Counted from the stretch's first letter, positions 12,510 through 26,275 are shown. The stretch: 64,000 nt of DNA from Octopus sinensis (GCF_006345805.1 NC_043000.1:63488001-63552000), one strand, 5' to 3'. Program-made: numbers and translations. Notes: generated from the letters alone by a model not told the origin.

Positions 12510-12856
12510 GGCGCATGGCTCAGTGGTTAGAGCGTCGAACTTACAATCGTGAAGTTGTGAGTTCGATCCCTGGACCGGGCTGCGTGTTGTGTTCTTGAGC
12601 AAGACACTTTATTTTACGTTGCTCCAGTTCACTCAGCTGTAGAAATGAGTTGCGACATCACTGGTGCCAAGCTGTATTGGCCTTTGCCTTTCCCTTGGGT
12701 AACATCATAGGTGTGGAGAGGGGAGGCTGGTATGCATGGGCGACTGGTGGCTTTCTACAAACAACCTTGCCCGGACTTGTGCCTCGGAGGGTGTGCCTCG
12801 GAGGGTAACTTTCTAGGTGCAATCCCATGGTCATTCATGACCGAAGGGGGTCTCCT
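12508..12856 (+). mobile_element. tRNA-derived SINE, family B (V-domain-like core)
   Basis: A box TGGCTCAGTGGTTAGAGC, B box GAGTTCGATCC, core TTGAGCAAGACACTTT...TTGCTCCAGTTCACTCAGCTG; ends in (TA)n. A degenerate second head follows at ~12908-13030. Confidence 0.85.
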
Positions 12857-15800
12857 TATATATATATATATATATTGTGATACATTGGGTTAAAAATCCT
12901 TTTAATGAAGGTGCGTAACCTAATGGTTAAGGTTTGTGTTCATGATGAAATGATCGTGGTTACAAACCCTAGACCGGATGAGAAAGAAATTTCATTTTAC
13001 GTTGCTCTTGTCTACTCAGCTGAAATTAGTACCAACCCTTCGCCAATCGTCACATCTTCGATATTCCGCTGGGTCAAGGGTGAGAGATCCAAGATGGTGT
13101 CTATATCTACTCGTACTTGGGTACCTAAAACAAGTAGCGAAAGCATGGTATATGCTATCAAATCATACGCGATTACAAGTAACGACTAAATAAAACCCTT
13201 ACATGGTAAAACGTGCAAGTCTACCACTGTGACTCGAACTACAACTGTAACAGATGTGCACCTAATTACTTCTGTAGCTTTCACAGACGCACGACTAATT
13301 GCGTAAAAGTAACCTTCTGTCGGCTGTGTATCGAATTAGATATTTTAATCTCAGAACGAGGAAGTCTGCTTACATCTAAAATATAAATGTAGAAATATCG
13401 AGATATATGTAAATATTCTATATGACTTATTTATATATTTCCCTCAATAATCAGTCCTTGTCACTGTGTACTTTCCTGGTTATCTCTCCACTGATGATTA
13501 TCTGCCTCAAACTACTGGGGTAAAATATATATTCTTTCTATCAAGCTTTGCTTTTCTCAAGAATTTTGCGCATTCATCTATAGTTTCTATCTTTTTCTCA
13601 CACTAAGGACACTTAAAAGGACTGCACATATACATTATGGATGACTTTCCACACTCCACTGTCCGTATATTTATATTTAACAACGACTCATACTATTTTC
13701 TTTTCTTTTTGTTAATAAAATTGTTATGTATGTTGACCCATTTATCGATTTACTAGTTGGCTGACGTTTCTTGGATACGCTGTATGAAGATAGGTTTTCA
13801 GTGGTGCTCCAATGGCCTAAATAGCTATGTAACAAATTAACGCGGAATCCTCAGCTTGATATGCGAGAAACAGCAGCTAAATCTTCCACAAATTATACCT
13901 ATTGTCTTAGAAAAAAAACATAAAGTAGTTTTTAAAAAATGGAAGGATACATCGGACAATGTAGATATACAAAAAGATTAGATGAGCAGGACTGGAATGC
14001 ATTTAATTATATGCGTGCTCGGGCAAGACTGACAAAATTGGAAGTTATGAAACTTAACTTTACCATTAAGTTATCATTTTAAATTTTAACAGGATCTTAA
14101 AACATCTACTATATGCTAAAAGTCTCCTTGCACTAAATAGTTGCTGACACAGATCACCATTATTTTCTTCGGATTTCAGACTTTTCTCTCTCTCTAATAT
14201 TGTGTTCAACATATTTAGAATTTATCTTAGACTTTACTTTCGAGAAGAAAAGTTTACATGTATAAAAATGTAAGCAAGTGAGCTTAAAAAATTATGATTT
14301 TCTCAAAATCTCTCCACGTGTTTAAGTGTACTGTCTATAAACTAATTGTCAAAGTCCCAACACGTTTTAGCATTGAAGTTCGAGCCTTTTTCAAACAATC
14401 ACATATGATTCGTCCCAAAGAATCAACCTTTAAATAATAGTTTTGCTACCAGTAGCGAAAGTAATACGTATCTTTCAGAAAGCTCCATGCCAATTTCACT
14501 TTATGCGGCATTCGCTGTTACTTTTATGCGCAGGCTATATATGGTAAGACAGAATAAAGGGACTTTTGTTAGTTTATGATAGAATAGATAAACACTTGGT
14601 ACACTAAAACCCTTTTTCCTTTTCCAAATAATACAAGCATGCCACCTAAAAAGAGAGTACGCGTTGGCAGAAAGTCTTCTGCAGCGGCAAGGCAACAACG
14701 CTGGCAGGCTAAGGAAATTATCGAAATGTGTAGTATTAGATATCCATCATGGCTGATCTTACCAATCGCGTTCTCGCAAAGAATACAATGGAGTGTTAGG
14801 TAACAATCAGATTATATAACTTTACGCTCATGGAGGGGAAGTCAGAATGCCATCGACAACGAGGAAACAAAGGTGTGGACAATCACCTGTGAAGATGGAG
14901 AAATCATCATGTAGGTATGTATGCCTGTCTTTCTATCTGTCTGTCTGTCTGTATGTATGTATGTATGTATGTATGAAAACAGCCTTTACATTTTGAAAAT
15001 GTAAGCCATTAATTAGATTTACTATCAAGTCGGAGTCTTAGAAATGTTTAATCGTTCTTTTAACTTTAAGAAATGTTATAATATCGCGTGATTTGCGATG
15101 TGTCACTGTACAGCAATTCTGTAAATATATTTGACAGTCCTTCGAACTTGCTGGCCTTGTACCAAAATTTGAAATCAATATATTATGACATAAAAAGGCG
15201 GCGGATTGGCTGAATCGGTATGGTGTCAGGCGATATACTTTGCAATGTTTGTTTCAGTGCTTTACGTTTGGAGTTCGATTTCCTCTTAAGTGAACGTTGC
15301 CTTTCACCCGAACACTTCAAGGCGATGGACAGGTAGGGCGTTAGACAAAATCACCTGTAGTATTTCTTCTGGATCCTTACCTTCTGAAGCCTGCTACGAC
15401 ACTGGTGTCAAACTGTATCGGCCCTTGAATTTGCCCTCGACAATATCAGTTATAGAGAGAGGCGAGATTTGCTGCATGGCCTTTGGAGAGAAACTTTCTT
15501 GATACATATACATGATTGATTAATGGAAATTGTAAATGGAGGTTGTAACTTTGACAAAAGAAACACATACAAAATAAACGTACTGTGTAATTTTGTGTCA
15601 AACTGTGTAAGTTTGAATAAAATAAAGAAACTTAAATGTTAATAAATTACCATGTGCATATAGAACAGTGATGATGAAAACGATGACGGACATGATCATA
15701 CTTACTAGATTTGAACGTGAATATGTTACTCGTTGTTGTAGTTCACATTCGGAAAACAATTCTTCTCAGATGATGTGTTTAAACAACACGATAGTTTCAT

Positions 15801-16499
15801 TAACGTGTCGGAAATTTGAGACTCTGATGTTTCAATCTGATTATGTCTTTTCAGTCAAATCTATCCCCTAGATCGATGTATCTAAACAAGAATAGTGGCT
15901 CTTGTTTATAGAATTCAGCAAGCAAATTATTTGCTGATGTGTGCTAATGTCAGCAAGTTCAATGACAAATTTCCATGTGCCCTGTTCTATGCGTATTTGA
16001 AATAATAGACAACAGTCGAAATATCATAATGGATCCTTAAATAAGCATTGGTAGGTAAACAAAAGTATTAAGAAATAGAAGAGAGGAAATGGAATATCAC
16101 ATTTCAAGTAACTCAGAATGGGTAAAGGTAAGCTTGCCAAAGTTTAAAGCAGCTTAAATATGGAGATTAAGATGTTTGGTATTGGATATTCATCGCGTAC
16201 GTGTTCCTAGTCAATTTAATCACAATCAAAATATTCTCTAATCCCAATATACAACGATAAAGATTTTAAAAAGTATGGAAGGCCCAACATATAAAAAAAC
16301 TATGTACATGCAACGGATTTGGAAAATATTTTAAATTAACATAAACATTTACTTATATGAAAGAAAAATTACCGGAGACATAACACATGTTGTGCTAAAA
16401 ATAACAGCTAAATAAAATTTTTGGGATAAATCTTTTAAATTAACATAAACTTTTATTTACATGAAAGTAAAATGAAAGCTTCCAAATTCTGTTTCCTGA

Positions 16500-16790
16500 T
16501 TGAGCCACCACGCAGGTGGACAGTCGAAGTAAATAGACAAAATCCTATCACTTTTATAAAAAAAAAAATTTAATACGGAACACCCTACATACAAAAATCT
16601 ATATCCATTTATATCCATTTACGCTGGAGTTCTGGACAAAATGTTATAGTGTATGAGAATCCTTAGGACATAACTAATGCGTGTGTAAAGTTTGGAGAAA
16701 ATCGGTTGACAATTGTGGAAATGTATGCGCTAGTCATTATACACACATACTGCGATTTATACATATTAGGTATGCGTGTTATATCTGTGT
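16500..16790 (+). mobile_element. possible HINE-like 3' half
   Basis: GTGTAAAGTTTGGAGAAAATCGGTTGAC...GGAAATGTATGCG...CATACTGCGATTTATACATATTAG resembles HINE 3' ends. Confidence 0.35.
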
Positions 16791-17184
16791 GTATGAATAT
16801 TGTTAAATGTGCGCGTGTGGGGGAATACATGTATATGTGTAAATATGTAAGTGTGTGCATGTGTGTGTGTGCGTGCGTGTGTGTGCGTGCGTGCGTGTGT
16901 GTGTGTGTGCGTGCGTGTGTTTGTGTATGTGTTATGTAGTAGTTGGTTATGGCCGGTCAGAAAGTCGCCAGTGGTTCCACGTCGATGATTGCCCTTAGTA
17001 ATATAGGCGTCTCATCGGACCCGCATGTCGGAGGCACAAAACCCCTTTGATAATGGAGGTAAGAATACAGTATTGTTCAGCAAGGTTATGAAAAAAGAAA
17101 CCTGAAACAAAATTCTTCTAAGCGAAAACCCTCTTCTGGTTCCAGTTGTGTCCGAAAAGGGTCAGTTTATGTCATTTCCGCTCA

Positions 17185-18860
17185 TTAGTCAACAAGCAGT
17201 GAAGTCCATGTCTTCAACATGAATTTTCTCTCACGAGGACATCGACTAAATATCACACTTTTGATATTTAAGAAGGACCTTGTATTAAGCGAATTTCTTT
17301 TAGGATTTTTGTCCTCTCGTTCAAGCAAAGTTTGTATCACCTGTTTCTGTTCAGGTATGGTCCATGTTGTTCTAGGTGCTTCCATTTAATCCTGTAAGGA
17401 ATTCCCTCTTCTTTTAAATGCCATATGTAGCCGGCCAAAGACGTAACATCACCCCTCTCTGGGATCCTAACAGAGGAACTCTGGTTATTTAGTCTCAACT
17501 TAAACGGGTCACCTGTTGTTCCAGCATATCGCCTTGTATGTGTCCTTATGTTTCAGGTGATGCCGTTGATTCTGCTGCTGCTCCTGCTATCGTTACCGTT
17601 GGTGCTGTTCTTACTGGACCTGTTGACGCTGCTGTTGTTGTTGCTACTGCTATTGCTGCTGTTGCTGCGGTTACTGAAGGACATCACCTCTGCCGCGAGG
17701 ATAACGGCCTCGGAGTTGCATCGACTGCTGACTGGGCATTCACTGTTAACCCTACATGAGCATTTTGCCTCCGTGCTGGAATTAGGAGCGTTCACTAAAA
17801 TCTTTTTTACACTGGGCGCACAGTTGAATGAGACCCTTAAGTTGTGTCTATTAAATAAACGTCCGTACCTATGGGATTGCGAGAAATGTCTATCCAATAA
17901 TGTAAGGAATATCCTTCCCACGCAGGTTTTGATGTTGGGTGAGAAGGTTGGAGAACAGCAAATGACCTTACGAGGGCGCTCTCTTTTGCAGATGTTAGGT
18001 CCCAGTATAAAGAAGATGCGGCCCTTAAGCCCGCTGGCTGCCAAAGCCTTATTGTAATAGGCGACACAGCGTCGAAAATTTCTGTATTTGAGGAGAGGTT
18101 CGAAATCCTCTTACTGACACTCTTCACCAGGTTCTAATACAATATTGGGTGTAGAAAGTTGTGTTAATGTACGACAGCCTTTCGTTTGGTTTGTGGTAGG
18201 GTCTGAATGAACAGGTACCCAAATCGAGCGCAACATCTAAAACATTAACCATTGTAAGATTGGTCTCAACTCTAATCTTAAGAGCAAGGGAGTTCATCAT
18301 ATAAATTAGGTTCCTTCCAAGCCGATATAGAGTGTGCCCGTTTACGCTTCTAGAGATGGCTAAATCGTTATCTTTGTATAGAACCAAAAAGAGCCAACGG
18401 AAGCATCTTTGTTAAAGTGTCCGGTACATATAATCCTATTAGGTCGCAGATTATCAACGCTACTGAATGCTCCCATCGTCACGTCAAAGGAGCGTACTGA
18501 GTCAGTTTGTTTGACCCAGTCCAAACCTTTGTTGAACAGCAGGGTTTTCCTGGCTTGCATAATTACATTTGTATCCTTATCATTAACGTCAGTAAATTCC
18601 CTAGGTAGTATAAGTGTCTTAACTAGTAACCCTTTCGATATAGGCGGATAAAGCTCTACTATATCGAATTGGGTGATCCTTGTCCTGCCTCTGCCTTGGT
18701 TTGCCTTAAACCATGAAATAACTTCATTGGTATTGCGCCATAAGGAGAGTTTAAGTGTCCTCATTATGTCATCTTTGAGCCATCTCAAAATATGCTTGCT
18801 CGCCAACCTAATTTCCGATTTAGCCATAACAGAGTAGACTCCAGCTTTGGACACATGTTA
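17185..18860 (-). pseudogene. Penelope-like element (Naiad-type) RT + GIY-YIG ORF remnant
   Basis: AKSEIRLASKHIL; WRNTNEVISWF; TQFDIVELYPPIS; FDVTMGAF; LYKDNDLAI (YRDDGL-like); NVLDVALDL...RPYHKPN; CxCx5Cx5C linker CSCRVNSECPVSSRC; YAGTTGDPFKLRLNN...YIWHLKEEG...IKWK. Confidence 0.9.
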
Positions 18861-19474
18861 CTGTTTTTTTTTCAGGTATTGTGTATCTAGGACTGCATTA
18901 TCCAATGCATCCATGTTTTATGTAAACGCTATGCTGCGTGGTTTTGTAATGCTTTCTAATAGATCAGTGATCACATACACATTTCCTGCGTTGGTTCAAC
19001 GCTTTCTATTTTATAGTCAACGGTGAACCGTAAGTTTTGTAAAGAAGTATAGTGAACAGTGTAATACTGTAAACCTGAATATCGTCGCAACTTCCTCAAG
19101 AACGTCACTTCGTAAATCAGCTTAACGTGACTGCAATGTTAATCAGTATACTAATGCACATTAAACGTGAATAGCAATAAACTGCAAGTAATTAATGTAA
19201 TTACGATAAATAAATAATATAAGGACATTGAACTAGCAGAAACAATAGAACAACGGATTAATCGAGTTACCTCTGCCGACTTTGCTTTTTCATCTTTCGA
19301 GTGTCACCGATACAGTAAGTACCTGTCAAATATTTATTTAATTATTATGTACTCGTTTGTATATTTCTTACTTTAATTAGTGAATATCATCGTACGTCAG
19401 TTTTCCAGCTGGATAATCAAATGCTTTCTTGTATCTTCGACGTTGCAAGTGATGTAGAGTGTCACCAGTTTTCA

Positions 19475-19522
<48 letters not shown>

Positions 19523-19552
19523 ACACATACACACACGCGCGCATACTATATA

Positions 19553-19612
<60 letters not shown>

Positions 19613-19843
19613 GCGACTCCAAGATGCCAAATTTTGTCGATTTTCAAGAGAAGTCGAAACAAGTTACTTTTGAAGTCTTCTTTGAACAATAAGATGTCAG
19701 TTTACCTAGAAAGAAACAATGCAGTTATTAATACGTTGAAATTAATGCATGCAATATTTCACAGCTCTAGAATCCTTCTTACATAGTCTGGCTATGACTT
19801 TTCAGCCCACTCTCGTACACACACGCACGCACACACACACACA

Positions 19844-19914
<71 letters not shown>

Positions 19915-21598
19915 TATATGTACGTATATGTGTATGTACGCGTACGATGAGATTACAGAGTTTCCGCCTAGTAAATTTCATTCACATGATATCGGTCAGA
20001 TCGACGCTATCGTAGAAGATATTTGTGAAGGGGCCTGAAAAAATTTGCTACCTTCAAATATTCCACCTATTCTCTAATTATGTTGTAAAGTAATTCGGTT
20101 TGCAGGGTAATGAAAATTATACAGATTTTAACGGAACAACATCTGAAAGGTGAAATACTTTTTATCTTAGTATATAAAAAGAAACGACACTATTTCAAGT
20201 ACGAATACCTATAGTATTTAACGAGGGAAATTATTTCACATGATTTCACTCAAATACAAAAATCTACTGACAGCAAGAGGATAAACAGAACGAATATATG
20301 TCATTAATTATAAAGTCTGCAGAAACCATACTGGTGTAGCGTTTGTAGAAGAATATTATGATCAAAAGATTTTATAAGTTCAAATCAGATATTTGTTAAG
20401 CTGATCAACGTACAAAAGCGAGCTGAAATTTGTTAGACACGCAGAATATTTAAAGCTAAATGGAAATAGAAATTTCTACTAGTAGTACAGAAGCAAATTA
20501 AATGCCGATATTTTAATTACAAAATTGTGTTTCAACAAACAGAAGACAAGTTTTGCGGGAAAATTAGCACGACACATGTCAATTCACTTTGTTAGAGAAT
20601 ACAGAATAATGATTCATAATCAAAACTGTATTTTCCGCTCTCATATATACTGTCCTCAATTATTAGGGGGCAATTATTGGAATAAGCTGTCGCCTGAGAT
20701 TTTCTTGTAATGTTTCTTCTATGCGGTACAAGATGGAAAGATAAAAACTGATAATATCAAAAGAATAGCCAAGAGTTAATATGGAAAGGTTGGAATGTTA
20801 TAATTATTATTGCTTTGAGGAGTAAACTAATATCTAGAAAACATGAAAATATTGGTACAACTCCAAGTACTTCACCACATTTGTACATTATATATACTAC
20901 ACAGTAGTAAAAAAAATGGCACTAACACATTTCAAGGGTGCTATAAATAAATATTTCAATATTTCATCAATGGTTGTTCGTTTATTATGAGGTAATGATT
21001 ATAGTCTCAGATATTGTTACAGAGAAATTTTCAAATATCTCTCTTAGAAAACTAAGACTCTTGCATCTCTTTGTGTTCTTGTGTGCAACTCAAATTATTC
21101 TGTGACTCTCAACAACTATTAATATAATTGTGAAACTATAGGTCCATGAAACATAATCGGCTCAAGATGATATGTCAAAGCTTAGATTCAGTGGATTTTT
21201 GTAACAGTTTTGAAGCGTTATTTCCGGTTCCCAAATGAAAAGCTACGCAAGTTTATGCAGAGGACTATATAACATGTGAATCTTTAGCCGAAGGGGCTTT
21301 GCATGCAGGTCTGCTAGGAACTACAGTATTACTAACTCTGCCGCGTTAACTGAGTATGGTACTGTACAGGGATAATCACATGGAGAGACTTGTGATGCGT
21401 GCATTATTGAGGATGTTTCATATATATATATATTTGTTTTGCAAGATTTTTGATGTGAAATCGTGTGTTGAAACAGATATTGTTGTATTTAGGAATGGTC
21501 GTTTTGCCAGTTTAGCCAATAAAAACACACGCACTATATATTTGGCGTTACTTTGCTTCAGCGTTATTTATTTTTTACATTAATCTTAATCTTATTTC

Positions 21599-21643
21599 GG
21601 CCAGAGTTCTTTCGTCACACTCCTGTGACCTCATCAGTGGTCC
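21599..21643 (-). ncRNA. minimal type I hammerhead ribozyme-like motif
   Basis: GG(A)CCA-CUGAUGA-G-GUCAC[AGGAGU]GUGAC-GAAAG[AA]CUC/UGGCC; one extra G before stem II. Confidence 0.55.
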
Positions 21644-22125
21644 TTTGCTTTCTTCTTTCTTATTTGTGTGTCTCTCCTTACTAACGGTCAGCCATTTTGT
21701 ATTTTGTATTCCTATTGTATGTGTATTCATTTGCGCATGCGTATGCCTCTTTGTGTGTCTATGTTTAGTTAGTGTGTGTGTGTGGGAGGAGTGCCTGTAA
21801 TATTTGTATCTCCTGTTTATATACGTTCGTGTAATGTGTTTTTGTTTTTTGTTTTTGTTTTTGTTTATTTTTATTTTGTTCGTGTGTTTACACCTACTTA
21901 TTATTATTATTATGTTTTTCCCTTCTTTCTTCAAATGTTCTTCTGTTTTTATTATTATTATTATTTTTTTTTTAATGCATATAGTTATTTACTTCCATTT
22001 GTTTATTTATCTGTGTACAGAGGTATACGCATGCGCAAATGAAGACACATACAATAGGAATACAAAATACAAAATGGCTGACTGTTAGTAAGGAGAGACA
22101 CACAAATAAGAAAGAAGAAAGCAAA

Positions 22126-22170
22126 GGACTACTGATGAGGTCACAGGAGTGTGACGAAAGAACTCTGGCC
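22126..22170 (+). ncRNA. minimal type I hammerhead ribozyme-like motif (inverted twin of 21599-21643)
   Basis: GG(A)CUA-CUGAUGA-G-GUCAC[AGGAGU]GUGAC-GAAAG[AA]CUC/UGGCC; predicted cut after 22165. Confidence 0.55.
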
Positions 22171-22292
22171 GAAATAAGATTAATGTAAAAAATGAATAAC
22201 GCTGAAACAAAGTAACACCAGATATATAGTGCGTGTGTTTTTATTGGCTAAACTGGCAAAATGACCATTCCTAAATACAACAATATATATAT

Positions 22293-22345
<53 letters not shown>

Positions 22346-23117
22346 ATATATATATATATATGTATGTATGTATGTATGTATTTATATGTATGTATGTAAA
22401 TGTACTGAGTACATTCAATGAAACTGTTTAACACAATAGACATTCTCACAAGAACTTTCGATAATATTGAATCACAAAATATGTCAAAGTATCTTAAGGA
22501 AACACAATCCTTACTTCTAACTTCTAGTCCTATATGTTTCAAATGATTAATAAAGTAAGTGGCACGCCAATGTTTAAATCTAAAGGTCATCTTTACGATA
22601 ATGTTGATTCTCTATTGCAACCCATTAGCAAATATTTCCTGGATTCTATAATGACGATTTAAAACTCACCTATTACGACTGAGATAAGATTTCGGCTAAC
22701 TTAACTAAAAATAAAGAAAAAACTATGAGAAAATATTGATTTTATATCGTATCCTTTCAAGACTTGCAATAGGGAAATATCTTTTATACAAGATTCTAGT
22801 AATATCATTGGGATAAGATATAAGTTGCTTATATCTATTTATCCAAATTTTACAACCCCTACCCTTAGAGCTTGGCCGGAACAATGTAACCCTTAACGCT
22901 TCTTAATAAACTTTATTGAAAATCAAGGAAGTATAATTCCCCAGAAAACTTTATTCCGAACAACAGCAGGCTTGATATAAAATTAATAGTTGATGTTCTC
23001 AACAATATAACAGATGTAGATCTACAGACTTAATTTTCAATGGTGTAACAGTATTAGTTTTGACAAACCAACTATCTCTAACATAGATATGGGGTGACAA
23101 AGCTGATTATAATTCAA

Positions 23118-23251
<134 letters not shown>

Positions 23252-23282
23252 AAATGCTAAAATAATTTTAAAAAACACATTT

Positions 23283-23318
23283 CAGTACCGGTTTCAGTCA
23301 TTGAGACCTTTTCAACTG
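23283..23318 (-). ncRNA. minimal type I hammerhead with U3-A8 core
   Basis: CAG-UUGAAAA-GGUC[UCAAU]GACU-GAAAC[CG]GUA/CUG; same family as the 50.6-50.9 kb copies. Confidence 0.6.
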
Positions 23319-23499
23319 TAAGTATGGAAAACAATTAAATTTGGAAAAATGAAAAGAAAAGTTTTTTTAAAAGAATATTTGCATAGTGTTCAAATACAAG
23401 TGGCATTTTCCTTGTTTCTGCCTGTCTCTGTCTTCTTGTTTACTCTTGTGTGTTCGAGGTCGTTCTGAATTCTTGGTAGAATTCTTGGAAGAATAATAA

Positions 23500-23664
23500 G
23501 AAGAAGACGACGACGAAGAAGAAGAAGAAGAAGAAGAAGAGAAGAAGAAGAAGAAGAAGAAGAAGAAGAAGAAGAAGAAGAAGAAGAAGAGAGAAGAAGA
23601 AGGAGAAGAAGAAGAAGAAGAGAAGAAAGAAGAAGAAGAAGAAGAAGAAGGAAGAAGAAGAAGA
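23500..23664. repeat. (GAA)n microsatellite
   Basis: Imperfect GAA array. Confidence 0.95.
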
Positions 23665-24621
23665 ATGTAGGAGTGTCAATATATGATATTTACCACGTGA
23701 ACTACGATGAAAAAAATAACAGAAAAATATGGTGTATAATTTTTGTTTGTGCAGGGGTTCCTTGAGATATGTAATTTATTTTAATTACTGGCCTTCTACC
23801 AAAATAACAAACCTTTAGTTTAATTATGCTGACGATGGCTCTAATTTTCAACTACCCGACATGTGTAAATGCTCAAAAAGAGCCCAGTTTGTAATCATTA
23901 ATGCCAAAAGCGAAGAGTCTAAGAGGAGAAATAAAGTTCGGAGCACGGCAGAGGTGAATTCTCCAAAGGTATTTAGCAGGGTTACAAGCTAATAAATTTT
24001 GTAAACATTAGACATGAGCATCAATAACAAGCAGATACATCAAACATGCCTTGAATAGAAGAAAACAACCGTACAAATACGAACAAAAAGGGAATTGTAA
24101 ATACGAAGCCGATCCCGATTTGAAGAAAATATTCTTAGATCGATTTCTCTCCACTTTTAACCATGTTATCACGCTAAACGAGATTGGATCCAGATACAAA
24201 TTCAATGGAAATACATTTGTATGAAGATGGATAACTTAAAGTTGTATGATTCAGACAATAAAGCAGAAACCTTGTTAAGTGAATTCTCTATACACGCATT
24301 TAGTGAAAAATTGAGGTGAAATTTATATTTGAAAAATGTGTTAAGAAAACTTGAAAAGAGAAAAATTAATAACAAGAATAGATATATAAGTAGCAAAAAT
24401 ATGGCAGGAAATTCTTGCAAGATATAGAAAAATATATAAAAAACGGAGATAAGAGATTTATACTAAAAGCAGACTTACAAATATTTGGAATCAATGAACG
24501 AACTAGATAGAGTACTCTAATCAAAGATAATATTAGGAAAGACATCTAGATTAATAATTAAAATTGTGCTAAGGTAAAATATCGATATTTTAGCTGTTTC
24601 AACTATAAGCTGCAGTTATAA

Positions 24622-24838
24622 ACATTGGTCTCAAATTTTGGCACAAGGCCAGCAACTTTGAGGGAAAGGATAATTCAATTACATTGACTCCAGGACTCAA
24701 TTGGTACTAATTTTATGGACCTTAAAAAGGATGAAAGACAAAGTCGACCTCGGTGGAATGTGAATTCAGAACGTAATGACGGATGAAATGCCGCTAAGCA
24801 TTTTGCCCGGAGTGTTAACAATTCTGCTAGCTCACCGC
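24622..24838 (-). mobile_element. tRNA-derived SINE, family A
   Basis: The reverse complement carries the complete family A head, body and GGCCTTGTGCCAAAATTTGAGACC tail. Confidence 0.85.
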
Positions 24839-25730
24839 TCTGGTTGCAGTTATAATATTCTCAACTTGGAACTAATTCATTTAGTAAGATTAGATAGGAA
24901 GACAAGCGAGTTAAAGTTAGTTGCATCTAGGAATTGTACTATAGAAAATCTGACACAGAAAGAATAGAAATAGAAACCTTTTATAAATATTTACTGCAGA
25001 ACTATACACAAAAATATAAATCATATTAAATAGGAAATTTATGCGAATAGCTACAAAAATAGATCGAGGACCAAGGAAGATCAAAGAAAATTAAGCAGGA
25101 ATATCATGAACGTGAAAGATAAGATAAGTTATGAATATCATAGGAGTGAGTAAACAATCTGGTTAATTAATAACACTCATGCTTTGAGAAGAACACATTA
25201 GTTCAATGATTAATATGAATTTAATTTGTTCTTAACAAGTACAGACGACAACTCCAGACATCCTTAGTGAAGCATACTCTTTGTCGTTACTAAAATAAGA
25301 GAATCACTGTACTGATGATATACAGTCATCATAATCATTTCTGATTGATTATTTTATATCAATATAGTGAAATTCTTTTCAAAGTGGTGTTGGAAATAGT
25401 TTGGAGGGTTGTAGGACTCCAAAGTGAGAAATGTGGCATAAGGAAGAAATAAGAGAATGAAACATAACTGACAATGAAATTTTAATTAGAACATTTTTTG
25501 AACATACATACATGCATGCATGCATATACACATACACACACACACACATATATATATACACATGTGTGTGCGTGCGTGTGTCTGTCTGTCTGCCTGTCTG
25601 TATGTATGTATGTATGTATGTATTTATGTATGAGTATACGCATGTGTGTAAAATAAGATTTAAAAAGCTAGAGAAACACTGAGATAGTGATTTTTTAAGG
25701 ACTAATTTAGCAAGTATGAGGAAGATTATG

Positions 25731-25772
25731 CTTCACTGAAGAGGCCTAATAAGGCCGAAACATATCAAGAGC
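25731..25772 (+). ncRNA. degenerate minimal hammerhead motif
   Basis: CUGAAGA-GGCC[UAAUAA]GGCC-GAAACAUAUC: core and stem II perfect; stem III has a C.A mismatch and stem I is poor. Confidence 0.45.
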
Positions 25773-26275
25773 TGTGACCAAATGTTTTCTTCGTTTCATC
25801 GCGTAAGTATTAATAATTAGATTTTTTCTCACTTGGTTAAATACGCCAGCTTTAATGCGATAAGGGGTATAAAGTCTTGTCAGAAGCCAACAAAGATATA
25901 ACGCATTGAGATCAAGCAGATGTGAAGAGGAAGGAAAAGCAATAACAAGATTTATTTAAACACTTAAAACAATACGTGTAAAATAATTCAAAATTCTGAC
26001 ATTAAGATATCGAGAAGGAAAGTGCTAATATGGCCTTAACTCGACGAGATTATCAAAATCTAAATGACTACCGATAAAATACAGTGTGAGTTGGGAAATC
26101 CAGGAATCTAAGCTGAAGCTGAAGAGCTTGTGATCGAAGTATCAAAAACATCTCTGAAACAGAATAGAAAATATATGTGAGGATGCGAAGAAAGAGTCGT
26201 CTAAATTGTTTATGACTCCTCAGTCCCTGTCAAAATGGCGTAATAAAGAGACAAAAAAGAAGCTGGAAGTTTTTA

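Noticed and set aside
12508-12580. tRNA gene
   Set aside because: A and B boxes are present but the cloverleaf is imperfect, and it runs straight into a SINE body and tail.
16930-17185. HHR in the 3' region of the Naiad remnant
   Set aside because: Only fragments (CCGAUGA; GGGG...CCUCC-GACAUG), with no complete core or stems.
17340-17570. In-frame TGA codons in the Naiad ORF as selenocysteine
   Set aside because: One TGA aligns to an Arg position before a C-to-Y change (consistent with CGA-to-TGA decay) and the other lies beside the low-complexity insertion. The ORF is frameshifted elsewhere and I saw no SECIS.
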